NCBI GenBank assembly: GCA_964457845.1
Contig: CAYWHP010000006.1
Coordinates: forward strand, 9,266-73,265
Source: an uncultured Porphyromonadaceae bacterium
GTDB lineage: Bacteria > Bacteroidota > Bacteroidia > Bacteroidales > UBA12481
Length of the DNA stretch: 64,000 bases
Reading direction: 5' to 3'
Shown here: positions 1-9,684 of the stretch, in pieces
Layout of the letters: the number at the start of each line of letters is the position of its first letter
How positions within the stretch are numbered: the first letter of the stretch is position 1
Translations under genes and position numbers: made by a program
Notes under the pieces: generated by a model
The model's database searches: none
The model's input: the letters and a program-made list of their open reading frames with translations, nothing else
What the model was told of the DNA's origin: nothing

Positions 1-300
1 ATGACCCGTAACAAGCTGTCGATTTACGAGGCGGTAGTGCTTGCAGGAGGTCTGAATGATTACGCCAGGCGCGACTTTATAAAAGTGTTGCGGACAGAGG
101 GAAACGAGAGAAAAATGTACGTCGTGGATCTCAGGAGTGGGAACCTGATCGGGAAAAACATGTTTTATGTATATCCCAACGACCTTATTTATGCCGAGCC
201 TATGAAGGCTAAGGCAATGGGGCTTACACCCACATTTTCTCTTGGTATAATTTCGACGATTCTAACCTTAGCGGTTCTACTAAGAACCATGCTTATCTAA
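1..300 (+). CDS. polysaccharide export protein (Wza-like), C-terminal part; 5' end lies outside the window
   Basis: The frame is open from base 1. It has a hydrophobic C-terminal helix (LGIISTILTLAVLL) and sits 6 nt upstream of a Wzc-like gene. Confidence 0.6.
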   Translation: MTRNKLSIYEAVVLAGGLNDYARRDFIKVLRTEGNERKMYVVDLRSGNLIGKNMFYVYPNDLIYAEPMKAKAMGLTPTFSLGIISTILTLAVLLRTMLI

Positions 301-306
301 AATAAA

Positions 307-2679
307 ATGGGTAAAGCCGGAGCAGGATTCAAGGGAGGCATTGATTTCAAGCGGATACTGAACAAATACCTCAAAAACTGGTACCTGTTCGTGTTTGCCA
401 TTGCCATTGCCTATTTTTTTGCCACAGTAAAAAACAGGTATGTGGTCCCGGTTTACAGCCTCTCTTCCTCTGTACTTATCGAGGATAAAAGCAACAAATC
501 CGTTCTCGATGCACGTGGTTCCATATCAGGCGATCCGTTGTTCCTGAACTCCAAACTGATACAGAACCAGGTGGCCATAATGAAATCATTTTCCCAGATT
601 CGGAAAATCATCGAAACCCTTGATTTCCGGGTTTCCTATTTTGCACGAGGGAAATACATCTGGGAGGAAGTTCATAAAAAGGCTCCCTTTGAAGTGGTGT
701 ACGACACCACCCATCCACAGGTAAAGAACCAGCGGTTTGATGTAAAATTCACCGATGGCGGAAAACTGGAGATCTGGTCTGAAACCTATTCCGCATTCAG
801 CAACCCCAGAGCATACCGCATCGATGAACAGATAATCGGAAAAGACTACTCGTTTTTCATCCGCATCCGCGACAGTCTCGACATTCGCAAATATTCAGGT
901 AAAGAATACGGGTTCACCATCAATGACATCAATCAGGTTACCAGTCAATACCGGAAGAAAACGAATATTTCAAGCGAAAAAGAAGCATCGGTCATTAACA
1001 TATCCTCCTCGGGTCCTAACCGTGACAAGGAGAAGGATTACCTTAACGAACTGACGCGGATGTTCCTTACATCCAACCTTGCAAAGAAAAACCGGATTCT
1101 CACCAGCACGATAGAATTTATCGACAGGCAGATTATCCAGATGGGTGTTGACCTCGATTCGGCAGAACACGACATGGAGGAGTTTCGCAAATCGAACAAA
1201 TTCATGCAGCTATCAGCAAAATCCGCCACACTGCTGAGCGATATGAACAGCGAATCGAAGAGCCGTGCCAATCTCGTTGCCGACTTAAAGTATTATGAAT
1301 ATCTGCAGGATTACATCATCACACACAGTGCGTTTGAAGACATCATGATGCCATCAACCGTGGGAATCAGCCTGCCTCTCTTCTCCGACCTGGTCCTGAA
1401 GTTGTCGACTGTATCTCTTGAAAAGGAAGACCTGATTGCCAATTCATCGAGGGAAAACCCCTATATCCAGACACTGGAAGAACAGATGAGCAACATGAAG
1501 GCCGCACTGCTCGAAAACATCACGAGCATCATAAAGACAACCACTATAAAGATTGAGGATACCGACAAACGGCTGGCTGCCAAGGATGCTGAGTTTCTAA
1601 CGCTTCCGGGCATTGAACGGGAGTACCTCGAAATTGAGCGCAAATACAATGTTTTCAATAATCTGTATGATTTTTTGCTGAAGCGTAAATCGGAGGTGGA
1701 AATTCAGCGGGCTGCCAATACCCCCGACCATGAAATCATTGATTATGCAGGAGATACCGGCATCTCCATCATTTCGGCCAGTTCAAAGACCGCCTATATC
1801 AATGCCCTTTTATGGGCGTTCCTCTTGCCGGCGATATTCCTGTTTGCCGTTGTTCTGCTCAACAACCGTATCATGTCACAGGATGACATCGAAGCTGTTA
1901 CCGATATACCCGTGATCGGAACGCTGGTCAGAAATACGGACAAACGGAACGGAAGGGTCCTGTTAAGCACCAGCTCTCATTTTACCGAGATGCTAAGAAT
2001 CATTAAAATCAAGCTTAGCCTCGATTCGGGTAAAGGGGAACAGGTAATTGCAGTTACTTCGGCGCATCTCGAAGATGGCAAAACGTTTGTGGCCATTAAT
2101 CTTGCCTCGGTTTATGCCCTTGCAGGGAAAAGGACCTTACTCCTCGGATTCGATCTGCAGCGTCCCCGGATCGCAGAAGCCTTTGAATTAAGCAGAAATG
2201 AAGGGATTACGAACTTCCTGATCAACGACATTTCGCTTGATCAGGTAATCCAGAAAACCTATACCAAAAACCTCGATATCCTGCTCTCTGGCCCAATACC
2301 GCCAAATCATGATGAACTTATTGAATCGGAGCGGACCAGGGATCTGTTTTGCCAGCTGCGAAGCAAATATGAGTTTATTATCATGGACACCCCGGCAACA
2401 GGAGTTGTTGGCGATGCCTATCTGCTGAACCGGTTTGCCGACATAACGCTCTTCGTTGTCAGATACAACCACACAACCAAGAAGATTTTTTCGGAAATGC
2501 TGAGCGAAGCAGTGGAAAATAAGATGAAGCGGATTTTTATTGTCCTTACGGATGCCAAACAGAAGATAAAACTGCGGGACCGCGTATTCAACCAGGACGA
2601 GAAAAGTCGTGCATTTATCCTTATCCGGCCATTCCTTATTGCGAGGAGGGCGATGATCGAACTTATCCGAAAATTTTGA
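307..2679 (+). CDS. polysaccharide co-polymerase / BY-kinase-like protein (Wzc/GumC-like)
   Basis: 790 aa. It has an N-terminal TM helix, a long coiled-coil periplasmic region, a second TM helix (LLWAFLLPAIFLFAVVLL) and a C-terminal P-loop domain. The P-loop motifs are Walker A TSAHLEDGKT, Walker A' LLLGFDLQRP and Walker B FIIMDTP. Confidence 0.85.
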   Translation: MGKAGAGFKGGIDFKRILNKYLKNWYLFVFAIAIAYFFATVKNRYVVPVYSLSSSVLIEDKSNKSVLDARGSISGDPLFLNSKLIQNQVAIMKSFSQIRKIIETLDFRVSYFARGKYIWEEVHKKAPFEVVYDTTHPQVKNQRFDVKFTDGGKLEIWSETYSAFSNPRAYRIDEQIIGKDYSFFIRIRDSLDIRKYSGKEYGFTINDINQVTSQYRKKTNISSEKEASVINISSSGPNRDKEKDYLNELTRMFLTSNLAKKNRILTSTIEFIDRQIIQMGVDLDSAEHDMEEFRKSNKFMQLSAKSATLLSDMNSESKSRANLVADLKYYEYLQDYIITHSAFEDIMMPSTVGISLPLFSDLVLKLSTVSLEKEDLIANSSRENPYIQTLEEQMSNMKAALLENITSIIKTTTIKIEDTDKRLAAKDAEFLTLPGIEREYLEIERKYNVFNNLYDFLLKRKSEVEIQRAANTPDHEIIDYAGDTGISIISASSKTAYINALLWAFLLPAIFLFAVVLLNNRIMSQDDIEAVTDIPVIGTLVRNTDKRNGRVLLSTSSHFTEMLRIIKIKLSLDSGKGEQVIAVTSAHLEDGKTFVAINLASVYALAGKRTLLLGFDLQRPRIAEAFELSRNEGITNFLINDISLDQVIQKTYTKNLDILLSGPIPPNHDELIESERTRDLFCQLRSKYEFIIMDTPATGVVGDAYLLNRFADITLFVVRYNHTTKKIFSEMLSEAVENKMKRIFIVLTDAKQKIKLRDRVFNQDEKSRAFILIRPFLIARRAMIELIRKF

Positions 2680-2730
2680 CCGTTGTTGTATAACCGAACT
2701 GTCTTTTAGAAATTCAGAAAGCAAGAAATT

Positions 2731-3633
2731 ATGATATCAACTGATGAGAATTCCATGAACAGGCCGGAAATTGTACCTGAAAAAAACATTCTCCCCGACG
2801 AGTGGACGATGATTTTGCGGCCAAAGCGCAATCTGCTGGACATCAACCTCCGGGAGCTATGGCAATACCGCGATCTCATCCTGCTTTTTGTTAAGCGGGA
2901 TTTCGTCTCGAAGTTCAAGCAAACCATTCTTGGCCCTTTGTGGTTCATCATTCAACCGCTGCTGACAACCATAATTTTTACGATTATCTTCGGAAATATA
3001 GCCGGCATATCTACCAGCGGGCTTCCGAAGGTGCTTTTTTACATGTCCGGCATTGTTGGGTGGACCTATTTCTCCACCTGCCTGAATGACACCTCACAAA
3101 CGTTTATCAAGAATGCATCGATTTTCGGAAAAGTCTATTTCCCGCGCCTTGCCCTCCCGATTTCGGTTGTGATATCGAACCTGGTGAGCTTCGTCATTCA
3201 GTTCCTGTTTCTTTGCATCTTCCTGGTTTACTTCATGGTTCAGGGCGTTGATGTAAAACCGACAATCCTGATATTGTGGATCCCGTTCCTCGTCCTCCTG
3301 ATGGCCGGCCTCGGCCTTGGCTTTGGCATAATCATTTCATCGCTGACAACAAAATACCGGGACCTCACGCACCTGGTGACATTTGGGGTGACACTCTGGA
3401 TGTATGCCACTCCGATTATCTATCCCCTTTCGGAAATACCCGAAAAGTACAGGATGTTTGTCGTAGCCAATCCGATGACACCGGTTGTGGAAACCTTCCG
3501 GACAGCCCTGCTGGGGGCCGGGGAAATCAATTATCTGCATCTGCTTTACAGCTTTGGCTTCACCATTGTCGTGATCGCGGCAGGCGTGGTCATTTTTAAC
3601 AAAGTGGAGAAAACCTTCATGGATACCGTCTGA
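2731..3633 (+). CDS. wzm: ABC-2 type polysaccharide exporter permease (Wzm-like)
   Basis: 300 aa with about 6 TM helices. It lies directly upstream of a Wzt/TagH-type ATPase. Confidence 0.85.
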   Translation: MISTDENSMNRPEIVPEKNILPDEWTMILRPKRNLLDINLRELWQYRDLILLFVKRDFVSKFKQTILGPLWFIIQPLLTTIIFTIIFGNIAGISTSGLPKVLFYMSGIVGWTYFSTCLNDTSQTFIKNASIFGKVYFPRLALPISVVISNLVSFVIQFLFLCIFLVYFMVQGVDVKPTILILWIPFLVLLMAGLGLGFGIIISSLTTKYRDLTHLVTFGVTLWMYATPIIYPLSEIPEKYRMFVVANPMTPVVETFRTALLGAGEINYLHLLYSFGFTIVVIAAGVVIFNKVEKTFMDTV

Positions 3634-3679
3634 TACCTTCATAAAACCATACCCGTACAACCCGATTAAACTCATTAAA

Positions 3680-4936
3680 ATGCCGAACGTTGTAATCAAA
3701 CTCGAAAACGTCTCCAAGCAGTACCGGCTGGGAAATGTAGGTACCGGAACGCTCAGTCATGATCTTAACCGCTTTTTCGCAAAGGCGCTTGGGAAAGAAG
3801 ATCCGACCATGAAAGTGGGTGTTTCCAATAAGCTCGATACCGTGGATGGAAAATATGTATGGGCGCTCCGCGACATAAATCTGGAGATCTGTGACGGAGA
3901 GGTACTTGGCATTGTCGGCAAGAACGGTGCCGGTAAATCCACCCTTCTTAAACTCATGTCACGTGTAACCTCACCAACCACGGGCGAGATTAAGATTAAG
4001 GGCAGGATCGCCAGTCTTCTCGAGGTTGGCACCGGATTTCACCCGGAGCTCACCGGGAAGGAAAATATTTACCTTAACGGGGCAATTCTGGGCATGACAA
4101 GAAGGGAGATCAGCGCCAAGTTTGAGGAAATTGTTGAATTCTCAGGGGTCAAGAAATATGTCGACACCCCGGTTAAGCGCTACTCTTCGGGTATGTATGT
4201 GCGGCTGGCTTTTGCCGTTGCCGCGCATCTTGAGCCGGAAATCCTTATTGTTGATGAGGTGCTCGCCGTAGGGGATGCCGAATTCCAGAAGAAGGCGATT
4301 GGCAAAATGCAATCCGTATCGCGCAGCGGGCGCACCGTTCTGTTTGTCAGTCACAACCTTACAGCTGTTGAGCAGCTCTGTACCAAAGGCATCCTGATTC
4401 AGAACGGGATGGTTAAGATGCAGGCAAAGGTTCACGACATCACATCAGCCTATAAGATGATGTCGGTTGATGAAAATGAATTGCGCCGCAGTGGCACACG
4501 GGTAGTCGAGTATCAGGATTACCGGATGACTGATCTTGCCGGAAAGAAAACCGATGAGGTGTTTCTTGGCGATGATTTCATCGTAACTGCCGATTTCAAA
4601 TCACATGAAACAATGGATTACTGCGATATGACGCTGGACATTCGCAACGACTCGAATGAGTTTATCGGTCACATTACCAACTATGATGATGCATTTGAAA
4701 TCAAGAGCATAAACAAGGGCGATGTTCGCAGTATTTCCGTAACCGTCAGAAAAATCTGCTTCTCCCCGGGAACCTACTACATATCGCTGTGGCTCGGCAA
4801 CTCATACGGGACGTTCGACTACATCGAGAACTGTATCCGGTTCACGATCAAGCAGGGCGACAATTTCATCCACCGTCCTTTCCCGTTCAACCAGCGGGCA
4901 AAAACAGTACTTCAATCCACCTGGAGTTCTAAATAA
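3680..4936 (+). CDS. wzt: polysaccharide ABC exporter ATP-binding protein (Wzt-like) with an extra C-terminal domain
   Basis: Walker A GKNGAGKST, signature YSSGMYVRL and Walker B ILIVDEVLAVGD. About 170 extra C-terminal residues follow the ATPase core. Confidence 0.9.
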   Translation: MPNVVIKLENVSKQYRLGNVGTGTLSHDLNRFFAKALGKEDPTMKVGVSNKLDTVDGKYVWALRDINLEICDGEVLGIVGKNGAGKSTLLKLMSRVTSPTTGEIKIKGRIASLLEVGTGFHPELTGKENIYLNGAILGMTRREISAKFEEIVEFSGVKKYVDTPVKRYSSGMYVRLAFAVAAHLEPEILIVDEVLAVGDAEFQKKAIGKMQSVSRSGRTVLFVSHNLTAVEQLCTKGILIQNGMVKMQAKVHDITSAYKMMSVDENELRRSGTRVVEYQDYRMTDLAGKKTDEVFLGDDFIVTADFKSHETMDYCDMTLDIRNDSNEFIGHITNYDDAFEIKSINKGDVRSISVTVRKICFSPGTYYISLWLGNSYGTFDYIENCIRFTIKQGDNFIHRPFPFNQRAKTVLQSTWSSK

Positions 4937-4945
4937 CTTACTGTT

Positions 4946-5974
4946 ATGGATCAGACCCCGTTATTGAGTGTCCTGATGCCGGTTTACAACGGCGGCAAAT
5001 ACCTCCGTCCGGCCATCGACAGCGTACTTGCACAGTCTTTCCGTGACTTTGAATTGATCATTGTTAATGATGGTTCAACTGATGATACGCAGGCAATCAT
5101 CGAAAGCTATCAAGATCCGCGGATTGTGGCTGTAGTCCAGAAAAACCAGGGCGTTGCACGGTCGCTCAACAACGGTCTGGCTATCGCGAAAGGTAAATAT
5201 GTGCGTCGCCATGATGCCGATGATACTTCAACACCCGATGCATTCCTTCCACAGGTTGATTTCATGGAATCCCAGCCCGATTATATTATGGTGAGCAACC
5301 AGGTGGCATTCATGAGCAGCCGTGGAAAAATCGCCTGGAAATACCGGATGCCGCACAATAATTATTTTGGCAATCAGCCCTATAGGGATCTCAGTATCGA
5401 TGATTTCAGGCCTGACAATTCGAGCCCGGTCATTCATGCGACGGTCTGTTACCGGCTTAAGGACGTTCTTGAGCTGGGCGGTTACCGAACCCAATTCATT
5501 GTATCTGAGGATAATGATCTCTGGATTCGAATGGTCGAGAAATTCCGGATAGCGGTATTGAACCGCTGTAACTATTTCGTGCGACTGCATGGCCATTCAG
5601 CCACACAGGTTCATGCCGGGAAGGTCAGCCATTTCAGAAGGCTTCTTTACGAGTATTCCGAAGAGAGGCGTCGCACCGGTACCGATCCGATCATGCGTGG
5701 AGAGGCGGTCCCCCCTCCCCCCGGGCCGACGGCTGCAGCGCCGGTTAAACCAACGAAAAAGGGAAAACATGTAAGGGAGGATCTTGGTTACGTTTATGGC
5801 CTCATGGTGAATGCCGGCGACTGGAATCAGGTTCGGAAAATAGGAGGGGAGATCCTGCGCGACGGTTGGAAATGCAGGGGCACCTGGCGCCTGCTTCTGT
5901 TTCCTCTCCTTGGAGATCGAATTATCAAAACAGGTGTCGCCTTTAAATCAGGTTTCCGTTCAAAAAGCACCTAG
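4946..5974 (+). CDS. family 2 glycosyltransferase
   Basis: N-terminal LSVLMPVYNG...ELIIVNDGSTDDT and a DAD motif (RRHDADD). Confidence 0.9.
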   Translation: MDQTPLLSVLMPVYNGGKYLRPAIDSVLAQSFRDFELIIVNDGSTDDTQAIIESYQDPRIVAVVQKNQGVARSLNNGLAIAKGKYVRRHDADDTSTPDAFLPQVDFMESQPDYIMVSNQVAFMSSRGKIAWKYRMPHNNYFGNQPYRDLSIDDFRPDNSSPVIHATVCYRLKDVLELGGYRTQFIVSEDNDLWIRMVEKFRIAVLNRCNYFVRLHGHSATQVHAGKVSHFRRLLYEYSEERRRTGTDPIMRGEAVPPPPGPTAAAPVKPTKKGKHVREDLGYVYGLMVNAGDWNQVRKIGGEILRDGWKCRGTWRLLLFPLLGDRIIKTGVAFKSGFRSKST

Positions 5975-5989
5975 AGCACCAAACATACC

Positions 5990-7036
5990 ATGAATCCGGC
6001 AAATCCCCTCATATCAGTGATCATCCCCAATTTCAACCGGGGTGAGTTATTAAGGGAGACACTCGGATCACTTATAAATCAAGACTATACCAACTGGGAG
6101 GCCATAGTTATTGACGACGGATCGTCCGACAGCAGCGAGGCGGTCGCCACGGAATTATCCAAAAGGGACGAAAGGATACGGTTTGTAAAAAGAGACCGTT
6201 TGCCCGGTGGTGCCCCGGTCTGCCGCAATATTGGCACAGACATCTCGACCGGTGAATTTCTGATCTTTCTGGATTCGGATGATCTGCTCCTGCCTTTCTC
6301 GCTCACCGAACGGGTGGAAACCATCAGGCGGCAACCCGGCGACGATTTCTGGGTGTTTCCCATGCGGGTATTCAGGGACAATCCGGAGGATTCCGGCATA
6401 TTGTGGAACATTGACAACAAAGAGCCCGATCTGAAGCGATTCTTACTGCTCGATGCCCCATGGCAGACGACAGGGCCGATCTGGCGCAGGGAAGCTGTTT
6501 TGAAGATCGGAGGTTTCACAGAAGGACTGGCATGCTGGCAGGATGTTGACTTTCACCTCAAGGCGCTGATCGGGGGGCTCCGCGGAGAAAAATATTATGG
6601 GTTACCTCCGGATGCCTTGTACCGAAAACATGAAACCCAGAGTATCAGCCAGGGCAGCATCAGCTCGCCGGCAAAGCTTGAAAGCCGGAAAAAGATTTTC
6701 ATCACTCATTCAGAAGCACTGCTGCCAGTGCTGACACCTGACATTCTTGAAGGGCTTGCCGTTCTCGGTGGAAATATCGCCATCGGGTCGGCCAAAGCCC
6801 TGCAGCCGCGCATAAGCTGGGCCGTAATCCGTTTTGGCCGGCGCAAAGGGGTATTTTCATCCGGGGAAGCCCTGAAGCTGGAGTTCGTTCTCTTGATTTA
6901 CCTGCTTCGTTTGAACCGCATTTCGGCTGTGGGCCGCCTGTTGGGAATAATAACCCGGAAATACAGGCAGGACAACAATATTGGGAAACACACGCTAACA
7001 GAAACGCTTGAAAATGGGAACAAGTACGCCAATTGA
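5990..7036 (+). CDS. family 2 glycosyltransferase
   Basis: ISVIIPNFNRG...AIVIDDGSSDSS and FLDSDD. Confidence 0.9.
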   Translation: MNPANPLISVIIPNFNRGELLRETLGSLINQDYTNWEAIVIDDGSSDSSEAVATELSKRDERIRFVKRDRLPGGAPVCRNIGTDISTGEFLIFLDSDDLLLPFSLTERVETIRRQPGDDFWVFPMRVFRDNPEDSGILWNIDNKEPDLKRFLLLDAPWQTTGPIWRREAVLKIGGFTEGLACWQDVDFHLKALIGGLRGEKYYGLPPDALYRKHETQSISQGSISSPAKLESRKKIFITHSEALLPVLTPDILEGLAVLGGNIAIGSAKALQPRISWAVIRFGRRKGVFSSGEALKLEFVLLIYLLRLNRISAVGRLLGIITRKYRQDNNIGKHTLTETLENGNKYAN

Positions 7037-7997
7037 CCCACTGATATCGGTTGTTATACTGGTAAAAAACGGTATCTCAACACTGCAGTCCTGCCTCGAT
7101 GGCATTTTTCGCCAGACCCTGCGTGACCAGATGGAAGTTATCGTGATTGATTCCGGCTCAACCGACGGCACACTCGAACTTTTGTCGCGTTATCCGATAC
7201 GTTTGCATCATCTGCCACCCGGGGAATTCAATCACGGTGAAACGCGGAACCTGGGCATCAGGCTGTCGAAAGGCGCTTTCGTGGTTATGACTGTTCAGGA
7301 TGCAACACCCGCCACCGACGACTGGATCGAAATAATGCTGGCGCAGTTTGACAATCCCGAAGTTGCCGGGGTTTGCGGGCAGCAGATCGTACGGCACGAT
7401 CCTGACAAGAACCCGCTGCAATGGTTCCAGCCTGCGAGTGAGGCAAAACCAGTGCTTTACAGGTTTCCCGAACCGGAAAAGTTCATGTCGATGAAGGGAC
7501 GGAAGCAGCATGAATACTGCAACTGGGACGATGTTACCGCGATGTACCGAAAATCTGCCAAGGAGCTGCTGCCGTTCAAAAAACTGATGTTTTCAGAGGA
7601 TACCTTATGGGCAAAGGATGCCCTTGCAAAGGGATATGCAATCGTTTATGATTACCGGGCCCGGGTTTACCATTACCATCATCAGAATTTTTCGTTTTAC
7701 TTCAAGCGGACTTATATCATCCTGTACCAGAATTACAAGTTCTATGATTACATCAGGTTCCCGAAAAACCCGCTGGTGAGCATCCCTCAGATTACGGTTC
7801 GTATCCTCCGCAAAAAGCTATCGGCGGCAGATAAGTCCAAATGGCTCAGATACAATCTCACCCTGGTGGCTGCATCCTGGTCGGCCGCACTCATCTTCGC
7901 CGTCATTGCTGTAACGAGGGGGATAAAAGGGGTTGAATCTTCGCAGAAAAAACTCGTTGGCTATCCGCCCCAGGGGGTTCAGGCCAGATCTAAATAA
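7008..7997 (+). CDS. family 2 glycosyltransferase
   Basis: ISVVILVKNG...VIVIDSGSTDGT. It overlaps the upstream gene by 29 nt; an alternative ATG at 7014 is possible. Confidence 0.85.
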   Translation: MKMGTSTPIDPLISVVILVKNGISTLQSCLDGIFRQTLRDQMEVIVIDSGSTDGTLELLSRYPIRLHHLPPGEFNHGETRNLGIRLSKGAFVVMTVQDATPATDDWIEIMLAQFDNPEVAGVCGQQIVRHDPDKNPLQWFQPASEAKPVLYRFPEPEKFMSMKGRKQHEYCNWDDVTAMYRKSAKELLPFKKLMFSEDTLWAKDALAKGYAIVYDYRARVYHYHHQNFSFYFKRTYIILYQNYKFYDYIRFPKNPLVSIPQITVRILRKKLSAADKSKWLRYNLTLVAASWSAALIFAVIAVTRGIKGVESSQKKLVGYPPQGVQARSK

Positions 7998-8006
7998 ACC
8001 GAAGTT

Positions 8007-8894
8007 ATGATACAATCAGAAAAGCCGATGGTAAGTGTGCTGATGACCACCTATAACCGCGAAAAGTACCTTGAACAGGCGGTAAGGAGTGTTTTGGCAT
8101 CCACCTATGAAGATTTCGAACTGATTATCGTAGATGACCAGTCGAAGGACAAAAGCCTCGCAATTGCCAGGGAACTTGCCGGACAGGATTCACGAATCCG
8201 GGTCATTCTGAACGAAAAAAATCTGGGAGACTATCCAAACCGGAACAAGGCGGCCGGCTTAGCACGCGGAAAATACCTTAAATATGTCGATGCCGATGAC
8301 CTGATTTACCCCACCGGTCTGCAGGTTCTGGTAAACGGTATGGAGCAGCATCCCGAGGCCGGTTTTGGCCTCTGTTCCCTTCCGCAGGACAAATTCCGCG
8401 TTTTCCCGATTGTTTTGTCACCAGAAGAAGCCTATAAACGGCATTACTTCCAGGAACAGCTTTTCCACAAAGCCCCGCTTTCCGCAATAATGCGCAAGGA
8501 AGCCTTCGATGCAGTGAATGGGTTTACCGGTCGCCGTTACCTGGGCGATTTCGAAATGTGGCACATTCTGGCCTCCCGGTTTCCTGTGGTTCTGATGCCA
8601 CACGGCGTTGTCTGGTACCGTGAGCATGAGGAGCAGGAAATGCAGAACAACCGCACCGACTTTACGATTCCTTTCAAATACCTGCTCTGTGCCGAGGAGA
8701 TGATCAACCGGGCGGAGTGCCCGCTTTCCGCAAGCGATCGCGAAAAGGCCCTGCGTAAGATACACTGGAACCAGGCCCGGTATATTATGGGTGTCGGTAA
8801 AAACCATTCGAGGAAAATCATGAGTGAACTGAAACGCCAAACCTCCTTCTCTTACATCCAGCTTTTCATGTTGGCCATCCGGAAACCAAACTGA
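8007..8894 (+). CDS. family 2 glycosyltransferase
   Basis: VSVLMTTYNRE...ELIIVDDQSKDKS and YVDADD. Confidence 0.9.
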   Translation: MIQSEKPMVSVLMTTYNREKYLEQAVRSVLASTYEDFELIIVDDQSKDKSLAIARELAGQDSRIRVILNEKNLGDYPNRNKAAGLARGKYLKYVDADDLIYPTGLQVLVNGMEQHPEAGFGLCSLPQDKFRVFPIVLSPEEAYKRHYFQEQLFHKAPLSAIMRKEAFDAVNGFTGRRYLGDFEMWHILASRFPVVLMPHGVVWYREHEEQEMQNNRTDFTIPFKYLLCAEEMINRAECPLSASDREKALRKIHWNQARYIMGVGKNHSRKIMSELKRQTSFSYIQLFMLAIRKPN

Positions 8895-8901
8895 TAAATC
8901 C

Positions 8902-9684
8902 ATGAAAACAATTATTAATCTGATAAAAATCACGGCCTTATACGCGAAACACCTGTTTGGCCGTGCAAGCCGCCATCTGTACTGGAACCTGCGTCTGGCA
9001 CAATCCTCTGCGGGGCCGGGCCTGAAAGTTCACTTTCCGGTTATTGTTGAAGGCAGCGGCAAGCTGATCCTCGGCAATGGCGTTGAGCTTATGAAAAGAG
9101 CTTCGATCGGTCTCTCCAGCAACAGCAAAGTCATCATTGGCAGCGGTTCCCGCATACATCCCGAAGCCAACATTCATGCCGGTAAGGACACAATCATCAA
9201 ACTGGGGGAAAAGTGTTCGGTACTATCGAATGCTATCCTGAGGAACGGACGCGGAGTTGAACTCGGCAACGGGAGCTCCATATCCAGTTATTGCGGAATT
9301 TTTCCTAGGGAGCCCGGATTTGACGGTAAATTCGTGATGGGTGAAGGATCAAATATCGGAGACAACACCATCATTGACACAAGCGATGACGTCATTATCG
9401 GCAACCAGGTAGCTTTGGGCCCGTACGATATTATTTATACGCACGATCACAATTACCACTCCGACACGCTGGCAGCCTGGAAGGGCGGGGTTCATACCGG
9501 GAAGGTGATCATCGAGGACGGAGCCTGGGTTGGTGCACGAGTAGTCCTTCTGCCCGGCGTTACGATCGGGCGCCGGGCCATCGTTGCTGCAGGCTCGGTG
9601 GTCACAAAAAGTGTTGCTGCCGGAGACATTGTCGGCGGAATTCCGGCTAAATCACTCGTGAAAAAGCAGGAAAATGCCGGATAG
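8902..9684 (+). CDS. hexapeptide-repeat (LbH) acyl/acetyltransferase
   Basis: The C-terminal half has left-handed beta-helix repeats (IEDGAWVGARVVLLPGVTIGRRAIVAAGSVVTKSV..GGIPAK). Confidence 0.85.
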   Translation: MKTIINLIKITALYAKHLFGRASRHLYWNLRLAQSSAGPGLKVHFPVIVEGSGKLILGNGVELMKRASIGLSSNSKVIIGSGSRIHPEANIHAGKDTIIKLGEKCSVLSNAILRNGRGVELGNGSSISSYCGIFPREPGFDGKFVMGEGSNIGDNTIIDTSDDVIIGNQVALGPYDIIYTHDHNYHSDTLAAWKGGVHTGKVIIEDGAWVGARVVLLPGVTIGRRAIVAAGSVVTKSVAAGDIVGGIPAKSLVKKQENAG

